Positions 38,913 through 49,633 of a stretch of 64,000 bases of DNA are shown here, piece after piece. Origin of the DNA: a bacterium (GTDB lineage Bacteria; Zhuqueibacterota; Zhuqueibacteria; Oceanimicrobiales; Oceanimicrobiaceae); NCBI GenBank assembly GCA_037446635.1, contig JBBIIG010000003.1:55302-119301 (forward strand). The letters run 5' to 3'. The stretch's first letter is position 1. Every line of letters begins with the position of its first letter. Under the pieces are notes generated by a model that was given only the letters and a program-made list of their open reading frames with translations, was not told the DNA's origin and did no database searches. Position numbers and translations under genes: made by a program.

Positions 38913-41900
38913 ATGAAACTTCCATCACCCAGGCATTATCAAAAAATTTTACTGGCGGTCCTGATTTTGGCTTTGCTGGCAATCTATTTCTGCAAAAGGC
39001 AGCCCCTTGATTTGGGAAAAATCGAGGCAGATCTGGCCGCGGGCGATTCACTCGACGTTGAAACTTTCGGCGACATCGTTCAACATTTTGAGAAATACGA
39101 TCTGCCCGATAGCACTTACGCGCGCATCAACGCCGAATTGCAGCACAATCAATTCATCAACCTCCGCGACACGGCGCTTGCTCACCGCTTGCAGATTTTG
39201 AAAGATTCAACGATGAGTTTGGCTGCCAAAACCTCTTTTTTTAAAGATAAAAAGTATGCGCTGTTTTCTCTAATCACAAAGTTGTTCAACCACTGTTTAT
39301 ATCTGAAAAAATTCGCGCCGGGAAAAAAAAGTGAGTTGGACGAAAGCCGGAAAGCCGCCGAAACCGCGATCGCGATTTACGACGACCCACACGAAAAAAA
39401 CTTTCTCCTCTCTCAAAGAGATTTTTATGAAACCCTGCCGCCGGAACATCTGGAAACCAGATTGCGTCTCGAATACTTAACAACACAAAGCCACGGGCTA
39501 TCGGAATCGGATCCAAACCGTGCTCTGCAGCATCTCGGCGCCGGTTTGAAGCTGGCGCGAATTCTGGGCGATCAAAAGAGGAAAATCGATCTACTCACAA
39601 ACCTGCAATTCATTCTTTATAACAACTTCGGCTTCACGGAAATCGGGCTGGGGTTTGGCAAACGTCTTTTAGCCGAGAGCGATTCCATCGGCTATATCGT
39701 AAAAACCGGAGGGATCAAATTTCAAAACGGCCACTGCCACCTGGATAAAGGCCAGTTTCCCAAAGCGTTCGATGAATACAAATACGCGCTCGAACTTTAC
39801 GAAAATTATAACTACCCCCCTATGATTATTCGCATGCATGAACGCATGGGCGTGGTGCTCCGCCGCATGGGGGAATTCGGAAAGGCCATTGAAAACTACG
39901 AAAAAATCTTTCAGCGCGAAAAAGAATTTAATGAAACCTCCGCGGAAATTGATTACTTAATCGGCCGCGGTTTGGTTTATGCGGAAATGGGCAAAAACGT
40001 CGCCGCGGATAGTTTTTATCAGCAGGCGCTGGGTCTCGCCAAAATATCAAGGGATCCAACCGAGCGCGCCATCGTCTTAGGCAATCTCGGAAACCTGTAC
40101 CTCGATATCGGGCATTACGAAAAAGCTCGAGCAGTTACAGAGGAAGCCTATGCGCTGATCGATTCAGTAGGCAACCCCCACACCAAAATCTCACTATCGA
40201 ATATTCTGATTGAAATATTAGCGGAGACCAACCAGTACGAAGACGCCAAATTATTGGCGGAAAAAACCCTCCGCAAACTCACGAAACATCAGTTCGGACT
40301 GCTGGAGGCAGACTCGTATTTGTGCATTGGCAAATTGCACTTTCAAATCGGCGATTGGCAGAAGGCATTTGAGCTATTTGAGCAAGCCCGCGCTATCTCC
40401 GAGAAAAAGGGGTTCATCGTCAACCACATTGAATCGCTGACGATGCTGGCCGAAACTTGCCGCCGCCAAGCCCAACTCAAAAGCGCGACAGAATTCATCA
40501 ACACAGCTTTAAAGTTGTGCAAGCGATATCCATTTGCCGATCCAAAATGGCACGCCTACTTCGGGCTGGCGCGCATTGAGCGCGACACCGGCGACATCGC
40601 CGCGGCGGAAGCAAATTTCGATGAAGCAATTGGCATCGTCAAAACCCTCGCCGCCGAAATCAAAGATACCGAAGGCCGCTCCAATTTCTCGGAAAAAATC
40701 CAGCCGATATTCGAAGAAATGGTGCTGCTGCAGTTGGCGCAAAATGACAACGACGACGCGCATTTTTATGCTGAACTGGAGCGCGCCCAAGTGTTCAAAG
40801 TTCTGCTGCAACAAAACTTCACCGGCAAAGCCGCGCCAGAATCCATCACGGTCAGCACCTTCCAACTGGGGAAAAAAGAAAACCCCCTGTCCTTTACGCT
40901 GCCGAATTTGCAGTCGCTGCTGCGCGCCAACGAGCTGGTGGTGGAATATGAATTGACCGAAAGCCTTTTGATTATCTGGGTGATTGGCCGCAACACATTT
41001 GCGGTTGCAACAAAGACAATCAGCCGCAATACGATTAACAATTGGGTTAAAGATTTCCGAACCTGCACAAATTTAGACACGTTGTACAATCGCGCCAAAG
41101 TCGCCGAAAATTACACCAAGATTGAATCGTTGTGCAGGCGTTTTTATGACGAACTCATCTCCCCAATTGCTGAGCACTTAAGCGATGCCGGACTGATCTA
41201 TTTCATCCCCGATGAAACCTTAAACTATCTGTCCTTCGCCGCTTTGATGGACAACGCCGGAGAATTTTTGATCCGCCGCCACCCCATCGTCATGATGCCC
41301 AGCGCGGAAATTCTTTATCAATTGCTTTCATCGAAAACCAGCAGCACGGTTGGCTCAAATACTTTGCTGGTGGCGGCGACCAACCCGGATTTGGAATATT
41401 CATTTGTGGAAGCGCGAGTGGTGGCGAAAAAATTTGCAGAAGTCGATTCGCTCATTGGAGAGGGTAAAACCGAACTCGAGTTGAAGCATAAACTCACAAC
41501 CAAATCTTTTGACGTCATATTGTTATCGCTGCACGGTCGAGTGAATGAAAAGCGTCCCCATCTGTCATCGTTGGTTTTAAATAGGGCCATTGCAGAAAGC
41601 AGCGCCGTGATGGATAACGATGCTCAACTGATGCTCTCCGAGATTCAACCATTGCCGTTGGACGCCACCAATTTAGTTTATCTCTCCGCCTGCGAAAGCG
41701 CTTCGGGAAGGCTCTATCGCGGCGAGGGCATCGTGGGCTTGCAGCGGGCGTTCCTGATTGCCGGCGCAAGCTCGGTCATCGCCAATCTTTGGAAAATAGA
41801 TGACAAGAGCGCCCAAAAACAGACGGAGGCGTTTTTTGACATTTGGCTGCAAAAGAAAATTTCGAAAGCCCAGGCCCTGCAGGAAGCGCAACTCAATCTC

Positions 41901-41990
41901 ATCGACAATTTGAAAAACAACCCAGTTTACAAGGGCAAGGCCCACCCCTGTCTGTGGGCGTCGGTTACGTTAACGGGAATTCCAAATTAA
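38913..41990 (+). CDS. TPR + CHAT (caspase-like) cysteine protease with an N-terminal hydrophobic anchor
   Basis: TPR arrays; FIPDETL..LSF, LSLHG (catalytic His), LSACES (catalytic Cys), GEG..GL.RAF..AGA..VIANLWKIDD, HP..WA. Confidence 0.93.
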   Translation: MKLPSPRHYQKILLAVLILALLAIYFCKRQPLDLGKIEADLAAGDSLDVETFGDIVQHFEKYDLPDSTYARINAELQHNQFINLRDTALAHRLQILKDSTMSLAAKTSFFKDKKYALFSLITKLFNHCLYLKKFAPGKKSELDESRKAAETAIAIYDDPHEKNFLLSQRDFYETLPPEHLETRLRLEYLTTQSHGLSESDPNRALQHLGAGLKLARILGDQKRKIDLLTNLQFILYNNFGFTEIGLGFGKRLLAESDSIGYIVKTGGIKFQNGHCHLDKGQFPKAFDEYKYALELYENYNYPPMIIRMHERMGVVLRRMGEFGKAIENYEKIFQREKEFNETSAEIDYLIGRGLVYAEMGKNVAADSFYQQALGLAKISRDPTERAIVLGNLGNLYLDIGHYEKARAVTEEAYALIDSVGNPHTKISLSNILIEILAETNQYEDAKLLAEKTLRKLTKHQFGLLEADSYLCIGKLHFQIGDWQKAFELFEQARAISEKKGFIVNHIESLTMLAETCRRQAQLKSATEFINTALKLCKRYPFADPKWHAYFGLARIERDTGDIAAAEANFDEAIGIVKTLAAEIKDTEGRSNFSEKIQPIFEEMVLLQLAQNDNDDAHFYAELERAQVFKVLLQQNFTGKAAPESITVSTFQLGKKENPLSFTLPNLQSLLRANELVVEYELTESLLIIWVIGRNTFAVATKTISRNTINNWVKDFRTCTNLDTLYNRAKVAENYTKIESLCRRFYDELISPIAEHLSDAGLIYFIPDETLNYLSFAALMDNAGEFLIRRHPIVMMPSAEILYQLLSSKTSSTVGSNTLLVAATNPDLEYSFVEARVVAKKFAEVDSLIGEGKTELELKHKLTTKSFDVILLSLHGRVNEKRPHLSSLVLNRAIAESSAVMDNDAQLMLSEIQPLPLDATNLVYLSACESASGRLYRGEGIVGLQRAFLIAGASSVIANLWKIDDKSAQKQTEAFFDIWLQKKISKAQALQEAQLNLIDNLKNNPVYKGKAHPCLWASVTLTGIPN

Positions 41991-42012
41991 AACAAACTCC
42001 AGGAGGTGAATT

Positions 42013-42090
42013 ATGCACCCAATGAACCGTTCCTTTGACGCCGATGTGATCGACCCGCGCGACGGCCCCGGCCCGGATCCCATTCGCTAA
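42013..42090 (+). CDS. Unannotated 25-aa peptide MHPMNRSFDADVIDPRDGPGPDPIR
   Basis: Strong SD AGGAGGTG at 42001-42008; GC3-rich codons; lies between the CHAT stop and a terminator-like stem. Confidence 0.65.
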   Translation: MHPMNRSFDADVIDPRDGPGPDPIR

Positions 42091-42107
42091 GCGCGGTCAT
42101 CAAAACA

Positions 42108-42236
42108 AAAGCCGACTTTTACGAACCTAAATAAATAATCCCCCGCAGAGGTCGCTCAGAGCGCAGGGGCTCCTGAAAAAACTCTGCGTTCTCAGCGCTC
42201 TCTGCGGTTATGAATTAAAGTCGGCTTTCTTTTTTT
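42108..42236 (+). terminator. Terminator-like stem with a repeat element (42143-42207) in its loop
   Basis: AAAGCCGACTTT (42108-42119) / AAAGTCGGCTTT (42217-42228) then a T-run. Confidence 0.55.
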
Positions 42237-42289
42237 GCCTCTCTGCGTCTTTGCGTGCGCTCTTCTTTTGGGAGAATTCGCCCAACTGC

Positions 42290-43789
42290 TCAGGCGCGGC
42301 TTTTGGGACTCGCAGGCTGAAAAAACGGCGCCCACTTTTCCGGCGGCGAGGGCTTGGTTAGCAAGCTGACCACCACCAGCAAACTCACCGACATCATCAC
42401 GCCGGGAATGACGATGTAATCGCTGCTGGCGAAGTCGAACTCTGTCCCCCCCAACGTCATCGTGAAATCGACTCCGAGTCGGCTCAATATGCCAATTCCG
42501 ACGATGCTTGCTAACCCACCGGCAATACAGGCGACTCCCCCTTGAGGCGTGATCCGCTTCCACAGAAATGCCGCCAGCAGCGCCGGAGTCAAGCTGGCGC
42601 CCACCAGCGAATAGGCGTAAAGCGCCATCGAAAGAACCGTCTGAAACTGGGTTAAAAGCACGATGCCCAGTCCCCCAAACAAAAAAACAAAGGTTCGCTG
42701 CACCGCCACTTTTTTGGCGTCCGTTGCCTGGGGGTTGATGTACCGCTCATAAATATCCCGGCTGACGTTGGTGGAAGGCACCAGCAGAAATGAGTTCCCC
42801 GTGGACAGCACGATGGCGATGGCCGCCGCCAGCAAAATCGCGCCGCCCAAAAGCGGCAGCCCGTGGCGGGCCGTATAAAGAATGACGGTTTCCGAGGCGG
42901 CGCGGCCAACGATGGTAGTTTGCTCCATCAAATCCGGAAAGGCGGCGCGGCCAACGATGGCAACCAAAGCCAGCGCGGTCTCGATCAAAATGATTCCTAC
43001 CACCATGCCCACCACCGCTTTGCGCGCGGCGGTTTCATCTTTGGCGGAGAAAAATTTCTGATACATGCCGCTCTCCCCTAAAATCAACAAAAACGTCGGC
43101 ATCGCCACCCCCATCACCCACAGCACGTTGTGGCCGCCGAGAACGGTAGAATGGTGTTCGGGCAACCGCGCCAGCACTTCGCGCACTCCGCCGACTTCAA
43201 AAACCATATACGGCAAAGCCAGAAGAATTCCAACGGTGATGATGATTCCGTTGAAAACATCCACGGTCACAATCGAGACCATGCCGGCGAGCGCGGTGAA
43301 AGTCACAATGGCAGCGGCGGTGATGTAAATGCCCTGCGTCGGCGAAATTACGCCGTCGGTGACGATACTTAAAATCCAGCCGCCGCCGCGAAACTGGTAC
43401 GCGGCGATGGTTACATAAGCCAGAATGATGGCAATGGTGCCGAGAACCCGGGCGGCGGAGTTGTAGCGCTGTTCCAGCAAATCGGGAACGGTGTATTGGG
43501 CGATGCGGCGTACGCGGCCGGCGATAAAATACGCCACCAACAAACCCGCCCACCCGCCAAAAGAAAACCACAACTCGGCGATGCCGGTGCGATACGCCAG
43601 CCCGGCGCCGCCAAACAGCGAACCCGAGCCGATCCAGGTGCAAACCAGCGTTCCCACCAATAATGGCACCGGCACCGAGCGCCCGGCCACCATGAAGTCG
43701 GCGTGGCTCTTGACAGAACGGGAACGCCACAGGCTGACGCCCACCAATATAATCGGATAAATGAGAACCACTGCCACCAAAAGATTCAT
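42290..43789 (-). CDS. Sodium:solute symporter family transporter
   Basis: DFMVAGRS, TWIGSGSLFG, TVPDLLEQRY, YQKFFSAKD; many TM helices; start at MNLLV after GGGAGG. Confidence 0.93.
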   Translation of the reverse strand: MNLLVAVVLIYPIILVGVSLWRSRSVKSHADFMVAGRSVPVPLLVGTLVCTWIGSGSLFGGAGLAYRTGIAELWFSFGGWAGLLVAYFIAGRVRRIAQYTVPDLLEQRYNSAARVLGTIAIILAYVTIAAYQFRGGGWILSIVTDGVISPTQGIYITAAAIVTFTALAGMVSIVTVDVFNGIIITVGILLALPYMVFEVGGVREVLARLPEHHSTVLGGHNVLWVMGVAMPTFLLILGESGMYQKFFSAKDETAARKAVVGMVVGIILIETALALVAIVGRAAFPDLMEQTTIVGRAASETVILYTARHGLPLLGGAILLAAAIAIVLSTGNSFLLVPSTNVSRDIYERYINPQATDAKKVAVQRTFVFLFGGLGIVLLTQFQTVLSMALYAYSLVGASLTPALLAAFLWKRITPQGGVACIAGGLASIVGIGILSRLGVDFTMTLGGTEFDFASSDYIVIPGVMMSVSLLVVVSLLTKPSPPEKWAPFFQPASPKSRA

Positions 43790-43827
43790 AGCGGTTTCCT
43801 CCCTCAAATAAAAATTAGCTCGAATAG

Positions 43828-43936
43828 TAACTCGCTCCCACGCTGAGCTTGGGAGCGAGTTAAAAACATTGGACACGGATTTGCGCAGATGAACGCAGCG
43901 GGAATAATCTGTGAAAATCTGCGTAATTTGCGTCCC
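43828..43936. repeat. Two adjacent palindromic intergenic elements; a related 9/10-mer type at ~46654-46738
   Basis: ACTCGCTCCCA/TGGGAGCGAGT hairpin; GGACACGGATT...AATCTGCGTAATTTGCGTCC related to the 10545/10802 arms. Confidence 0.6.
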
Positions 43937-43964
43937 CAATCATTTCTGCAACATCCTGAATCCC

Positions 43965-46589
43965 CTACGGCACGCTGTTCCCGCGCACCAAACCGATGGC
44001 GTAGCGACCCGTGGTGAAATATTTTTGCGCGGCGCGCAAAATATCTTCGCGGGTGACTTGCGCGACGCGCCGGGGAAAATTCTCGATCTCATCCAGGTCT
44101 TTTCCAAGAAGAAAATTGTGCGCGTTCTCGGTCATCTGCGCGTGATAGGTTTCAAGCCCGATTTGAAATGAGCCGATGGTGTAGCGCACGGCGCGCTCCA
44201 ACTCCTCCGCTGTAATTGGCTCTTTGGTTAATTTTTCGAATTCCCGCAGCAGTCCGGATTTGGCGATTTCTTCCTTCTCGGGGGAAGTCGCAATATACGA
44301 AACAAACGCGCCGGCGTGCAGCCGCGCCACTAAAAACGCCGAAACCGAATAGGCTAAGCTCTGCCGGCCGCGCAGCTCCTCAAAAAATCGTCCGCCCAAT
44401 CCCGAAATAACATTTTGCAGAACGGTCAACGCGTAGTAATCATCGTCGCCGTACGACGGCCCAGTAAATCCCAACGCCAGCGCCGACTGTTGTTTGTTGC
44501 GGGTCTCCATTTTTTCTGTGATGTGCGCGGGACGCGGCGCAGTCAATTGGTTTTTATTCCGGCGCGGCGAGGGTTCGAGTCCGCCCAATTTTTGCTCGAC
44601 GAGCTCGAAAAGCCGCTCAGCTTCAACGTCGCCCACCACCGCCAGCAGCATATTTTCTGGCTGAAACAGCCGACGATGCCAGGCTTGCACCTCCGCGCGA
44701 TTGAAATTCATGATGCGCTCGGTTTCGCCGTTGGCCGGCAGCCCGTAGGGGTGATTTTCAAAAAGCGCCGAATAAAACAGATTGAGGGGGCGCTGAAACA
44801 TATCGTCTTTCTCGCGCAGGATCAACGCCGCGGTGTTGTCTTTTTCCTTCGCCAATTCCAGATCGGGAAAATTCGCCGCGGCGATGATCTCCGCCAAAAT
44901 ATCGAAGCCCGCCGCTAAATTTTTGGAGAGAATGGAGAGGGAGTAATAGCAGTAATCGGCGTGGTTGGAAAAATGAATGGCGCTGCCCAAATTTTCCATC
45001 GCCAGCGCCAGCGCCGCGGCGCTGCGATTCGGCGTTCCCTTCAGCGAGGTTCGCAGCGCCAGCCCCGTCAAGCCGGCGGTCTCAGGCGTCTCCAAAGCCC
45101 GTCCGCCTTTTGCAAATATTCCCAGCGACGCCATCGGCAGTTGATGAATTTGTTTGATCAGCACCGCCAGACCGTTTGCGAGTTGGTATGGTTTGATTTC
45201 CCCAACGCCGCCGTCTTTATTGGCAATTGGCGGCAACACCTCCGGCGCGGCCTCCCACTGCGCGGGCATCCCTTGCGCAGCTTCACGGATGGTAAAATAC
45301 TTTTCCAGCTCCGCGGCCATCTCTTCGGCGGTCGCTGCCGGCAGCTCTGCCGACTCCGGAACATACTCCAAAACGCTGCCGTTCTCCAGCGTCAAATACT
45401 GATTGGCGACCCGCACAACATCAGCCGGGGTGACCGAATAAAGTTTTTGCAAATACTCGTCAGCCAGACGGTAATCGCCCAGCGCCTCATAAGCTGCCAG
45501 CAGATTCGCCTGCCCGGCAACCGTTTCCTGACTGAAAATATACAGCGACTCGATGAGGTTCCGCGCCCGCGTCAATTCCGCGGCGGTCACCCCTTCTTTT
45601 TGCAGCTTCGCGATCTCGGCCATGATCGCCGCAATGGTTTCCCGCAAATTTTCTGGCTTGGCAACCGCCTCGCTCAAAAACAAGCCCACGTCCGGCAAAA
45701 TATAATTGGCGGCCGAAATGGAATGCACCAACCGCTTTTCCTCTTTGATGTTTTGAAAGAGCCGGGAGCTGCGGCCGCGGCCAAGAATGACCGCCAGCAT
45801 CTCCAGGGCGTAGGAATCCGGGTGCAGCAGCGGCGGCGCGTGAAAACCGATTTCGAGATACGCTTGCTGAATGTCTCCCCGCAAATGGCGGTACCGGAGC
45901 TGGCGCTGCGGCGGCTCCGGCGGCGACTCGTCTTTCAACAGCTCGCCGCGCTCGAAATCGCCATAGTAGTTTTCAATTTCAGAAAGAGCGCGCGCCGTCT
46001 CGACATCGCCCACCACCACCAGGATAATATTTTCGGGGCGATACAGATTTTTGTGAAAAGTCAAAAAGTCGTCGCGAGTGAGGGCGCGCAGCCCCTGCTC
46101 GCTGCCGATACGCCAGCGCCGCATGCGGTGGCGGTCGAACGCCAGCTCGAACAATTTTTCCGAAGCCACCGCAGACGGGGAATCGAGCTTGCGCTTGGCT
46201 TCCTCGATCACCACTTCGGTCTCTTTCTTCAACTCCTCGGGAGCGAAAACGGAATGCAGCAGCGCGTCGGATTGAATGTCTAAACCGCGGGAAAAATTCT
46301 CGCTGGGCAAAACCGTGTAGTAAACAGTGTGATCGTAGGTGGTGCTGGCGTTGAGGTAGCCGCCGAGGGATTTGGTTTCGTTGCCAATCTCGCCGACGCC
46401 GCGGCGGCGCGTGCCCTTAAAAAACATGTGCTCGAGGAGATGGGAAATCCCAACCAGGCGATCGCTCTCATTAAAATAACCAGCTTTGACATAAGTAACG
46501 ATAGCCACAGTTGGCGAGGTGTGATCCTCTTTGATCAAAACCGTCAGGCCGTTGTAAAGAACGTGTTTGGCGACTTCGGAACTGATCAT
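43965..46589 (-). CDS. M16 (insulinase/pitrilysin-like) zinc peptidase, two-lobe fusion
   Basis: HLLEH zinc motif, NAST, SSRLF, ELRGRQSLAY. Confidence 0.93.
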   Translation of the reverse strand: MISSEVAKHVLYNGLTVLIKEDHTSPTVAIVTYVKAGYFNESDRLVGISHLLEHMFFKGTRRRGVGEIGNETKSLGGYLNASTTYDHTVYYTVLPSENFSRGLDIQSDALLHSVFAPEELKKETEVVIEEAKRKLDSPSAVASEKLFELAFDRHRMRRWRIGSEQGLRALTRDDFLTFHKNLYRPENIILVVVGDVETARALSEIENYYGDFERGELLKDESPPEPPQRQLRYRHLRGDIQQAYLEIGFHAPPLLHPDSYALEMLAVILGRGRSSRLFQNIKEEKRLVHSISAANYILPDVGLFLSEAVAKPENLRETIAAIMAEIAKLQKEGVTAAELTRARNLIESLYIFSQETVAGQANLLAAYEALGDYRLADEYLQKLYSVTPADVVRVANQYLTLENGSVLEYVPESAELPAATAEEMAAELEKYFTIREAAQGMPAQWEAAPEVLPPIANKDGGVGEIKPYQLANGLAVLIKQIHQLPMASLGIFAKGGRALETPETAGLTGLALRTSLKGTPNRSAAALALAMENLGSAIHFSNHADYCYYSLSILSKNLAAGFDILAEIIAAANFPDLELAKEKDNTAALILREKDDMFQRPLNLFYSALFENHPYGLPANGETERIMNFNRAEVQAWHRRLFQPENMLLAVVGDVEAERLFELVEQKLGGLEPSPRRNKNQLTAPRPAHITEKMETRNKQQSALALGFTGPSYGDDDYYALTVLQNVISGLGGRFFEELRGRQSLAYSVSAFLVARLHAGAFVSYIATSPEKEEIAKSGLLREFEKLTKEPITAEELERAVRYTIGSFQIGLETYHAQMTENAHNFLLGKDLDEIENFPRRVAQVTREDILRAAQKYFTTGRYAIGLVRGNSVP

Positions 46590-46748
46590 TAGTGAAATCT
46601 TTTAAACAGAATTATCCAAAACGAAGTGCACAGCAGTCGGCCGAAACCAAATTAACCGCAAAGTTCACTAAGAAAACGCGAAGGGCGCAAAGAGAAAATT
46701 TAGCGATCTTTGCGCTCGCCTTGCGTTCTTTGCGGTAAGTTGATGCTT

Positions 46749-48948
46749 TCACAGTTTTTCGTTCACCACCGTCTCGCCGTTTTTGGGTTCAACGATGGGA
46801 ACGATCAGCTCCTGGCCGGCTGTGAGCCGCAGCAGGTCCGCCTGCGGATTGTAGCGTTTGATCAACCAGTAGGGAATTTCGAACTCGCGATTGCAGATGA
46901 TCCAAATGTTTTCGCCGCGCTTGACTTTATACACAGTCTCGCCGCCGACGCTGTAATTGTTATAAAAATCTTCCTCGATGCCCTGATGGTATTCCAGCCG
47001 CCGGCGATGGAATTCTTCCGGCGTAACATTTTCAAAGGTCAGCAACAGGGGCTGCTCGATGCGGATCGGCTCAGAATGAGAAAGCCGGTTCAAATTGCGC
47101 AACCGCTGAGTTGAGGTTTGCAGCCACTCGGCGAAGTGACCAAGGGTTTCATCCGGCTCCACTCGCACCTGTCCATTCTGGGGGAAATCCAGCGTTCGCA
47201 GCGAGATTTGCGCCAGCGCGTGTTGCGGTGTACGCACCACCCGGGTATGCCAGTCGCGCGTCATCTCAACATAAAAATCGGGAAGGGCCACCTCCATCTC
47301 TTGCTCGAAGGCGGCCGCGAGCTGTTTCAGATCTGGCGCGTCTGCCGGCAACGCCGGTTTGTCTGCGATCGTCACTTTCTTTGCCGGCGTGGGCTTGGTG
47401 GGCGCAGGCGCCGCATCGACTTTAGGCGGTTCCTTTTCAGCAACCGCAGCGGCGGGCGCGTGCTCTGTTACCGGGGGAGCATCCAGTATCACCGGCGGCT
47501 GATCTTTCTTTCGCAAATCCGCTTCCGCCAATTGCGGCGGCGCTGGCGGCGACACGGGGGGAGCGGCGGCCCGGGTCGCCGGCGGCGTACTGGTTCCAGA
47601 TGGAATTTGTAAGTTCTGCCCGGGGTATATCAAATGCGCGCGCTCGAGGTTGTTCAACGCCAACAGTCAGTTCGTTCACCGAGACGCCGTACTTTCGGGC
47701 GATGGCGCTAAGATTTTCACCGCGGGCCACGGTGTGCCATTCGGGGTGAATCTGTTCAGTGAAACGCTCTTTGGGCGAAATGCGGGCGTAGATTTCATCG
47801 GTGTGCAAGTTCTCCCGCATGGGCGCGCGAATTTTAAAATTCTTCGGAATGCGTCGTTTCGACTCCAGCACCGGCGGCCGCAGCGCCGGATTCAACTCAG
47901 CAAATTCTTCGAGATCGATCTCTAATAATTTTGTGAGAGTTTTGACGCTCAAGAAATCGGGGGTCTCGAAGGTGATGAAGTCAATGGGCTTATGAAATTC
48001 AATATCTCCGAAGTAGTGTCGATAGTTGTTGGTCACGTGCAGAGCCGCCAGAAACTCGGCGTAAAAATTTCGCGAAGCAAACCCGAAGCTTCGGCTCTGA
48101 TAGTTTTGCACGATGACGCCCAGGTCGTCTCCGTGCAGCTCGCGGGCGCGTTTCATGCCGTTCAGCCCGTGGTTGTAAGCGGTGATCGCCAGCGGCCAAC
48201 TGCCGAGAACTTCGTAATTGCGTTTCAAATGGCGAGCGGCGCTCTCGGTGGCGGTGATGGGATCGAGCCGTTCATCCACTTCGTAATTAACTCTCATGTA
48301 CAAGCGCGCAGTCGGCCGGGTGAACTGCCAGATGCCGGCCGCTCCCATCTTGGAGTAGGCTTTATAATTAAATGAAGATTCCACGTGCGGCAGGGTCAGC
48401 AGCTCCAGCGGCAGACCCTCAGCGCGGAAGACGTCGCGCATTATCGAAAGGTAACGGCCCGAGCGCTCCAACCCCAATTTGAAGCGTTCCTTCAAACCCG
48501 ATTGCGCACGAATGTTGCCGGCTGCACGCTGCAAACGCGCCGCATCGAACTGCCAGCGAAAAAGCTCGCCGACGCGTCGCTCACGCTCGGAGAGACTCGC
48601 CGTCTGCGATGGTACAGTATCGGAGAATTTTAGAAGAATGGCGCGATACTCTTTTTTGATCTCCTCCACCCGCTTCCACTGCAGACGCTCGCTAATTTGC
48701 ACGCCGCGGAACAGGCTGTCGAGATGAATGACTTCATAAACAATGCTCAAGTCCTCAGAATCGTGAAGCACAACCTCGCGCTCCGAGTAGTGGGCGTAAA
48801 TGTTTTTCCAAAAATTTACATTGGGTTTGAGGATTTCAGGAGTGGGAAACAAAGAGCTTGAAAAGCTGTTCATTTGCGCAGGAACGGCATCACAAACCAA
48901 CAACAAAAAAGCCGGCGGCAACCAAAATCTTAACCTGTTCAGAATCAT
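46749..48948 (-). pseudogene. MltD-like lytic transglycosylase with LysM domains, frameshifted by a 4-bp duplication at 47664-47671
   Basis: PHVESSF, GAAGIWQF, ITAYNHG; LysM HTVARGENLSAIARKYGVSVNEL|LALNNL...IYPGQNL split across two frames. Confidence 0.82.
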
Positions 48949-49076
48949 TCGGCACCAGAAATTTTTTAAAAATTACACCCCAATCGAGACGCAAATTCCA
49001 TTTCCCCAAATAATAAACAGGCAGGAAGAACGATTGCGGGCTAAAAATGTATCGGAAAGAAAATCAAATGACTTGA

Positions 49077-49553
49077 TTAATTGAGCAAGCCGTCCAAATC
49101 ATAATCATCGTCATCGCGGTTTTTTTCATTGACCAGCTCAAGATTCCCGAAGTCTTTTACCAACATTCTGGCGATGATTTCGATCAACTCGGTTTTATTT
49201 TTGCCTTCTAACTGTTTGATGGAATCGGCGACGTTGGCGAAGCAATCGCTGTCGTAAATCCAGCAATAAAGCAGGGCGATGCAGTGAATACAAATTTCGC
49301 CGCGGCGGCAGGTGGAGCAGAAGGTGGTGATTTGCCTTTCATCCACTTTGATCTCCACCAGGTTATCCTCGCTGAAATTCTGAAAGCGGCCGGAAATTTT
49401 GTTGACGAACACCGTGGGGTGGGCGATGTAGCTGCTGCAATAGAATGCCCAGCCTTCGCCGCCGGTCGCTTCGTGATCGAGGGTCGCCACCTGCTGTTCG
49501 GTTAAATCGTAAAGACTACTCGAAATATTGTAACTTTTCGGCTTGTGATTCAT
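49077..49553 (-). CDS. SWIM zinc-finger-like protein
   Basis: CSTC...CIHC..LL; TTGACT-N17-TAATTT 6 nt before the ATG (leaderless-like). Confidence 0.7.
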   Translation of the reverse strand: MNHKPKSYNISSSLYDLTEQQVATLDHEATGGEGWAFYCSSYIAHPTVFVNKISGRFQNFSEDNLVEIKVDERQITTFCSTCRRGEICIHCIALLYCWIYDSDCFANVADSIKQLEGKNKTELIEIIARMLVKDFGNLELVNEKNRDDDDYDLDGLLN

Positions 49554-49633
49554 GCGGCAAAATTACAAAAAATACCTTAAACAAGTCAAGGGAAATATCT
49601 TCGATTGGCCAACTCTTAGATCGAAAAAGTGTG

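Noticed and set aside
38913..41990. CHAT protein as a CRISPR-associated Craspase
   Set aside because: No Cas7-11, other cas genes or CRISPR array in the window
44961..46283. Long antisense ORFs (e.g. 440 aa here, 330 aa at 27815-28807, 307 aa at 23423-24346)
   Set aside because: Shadows of GC3-rich genes on the opposite strand, with no recognisable motifs
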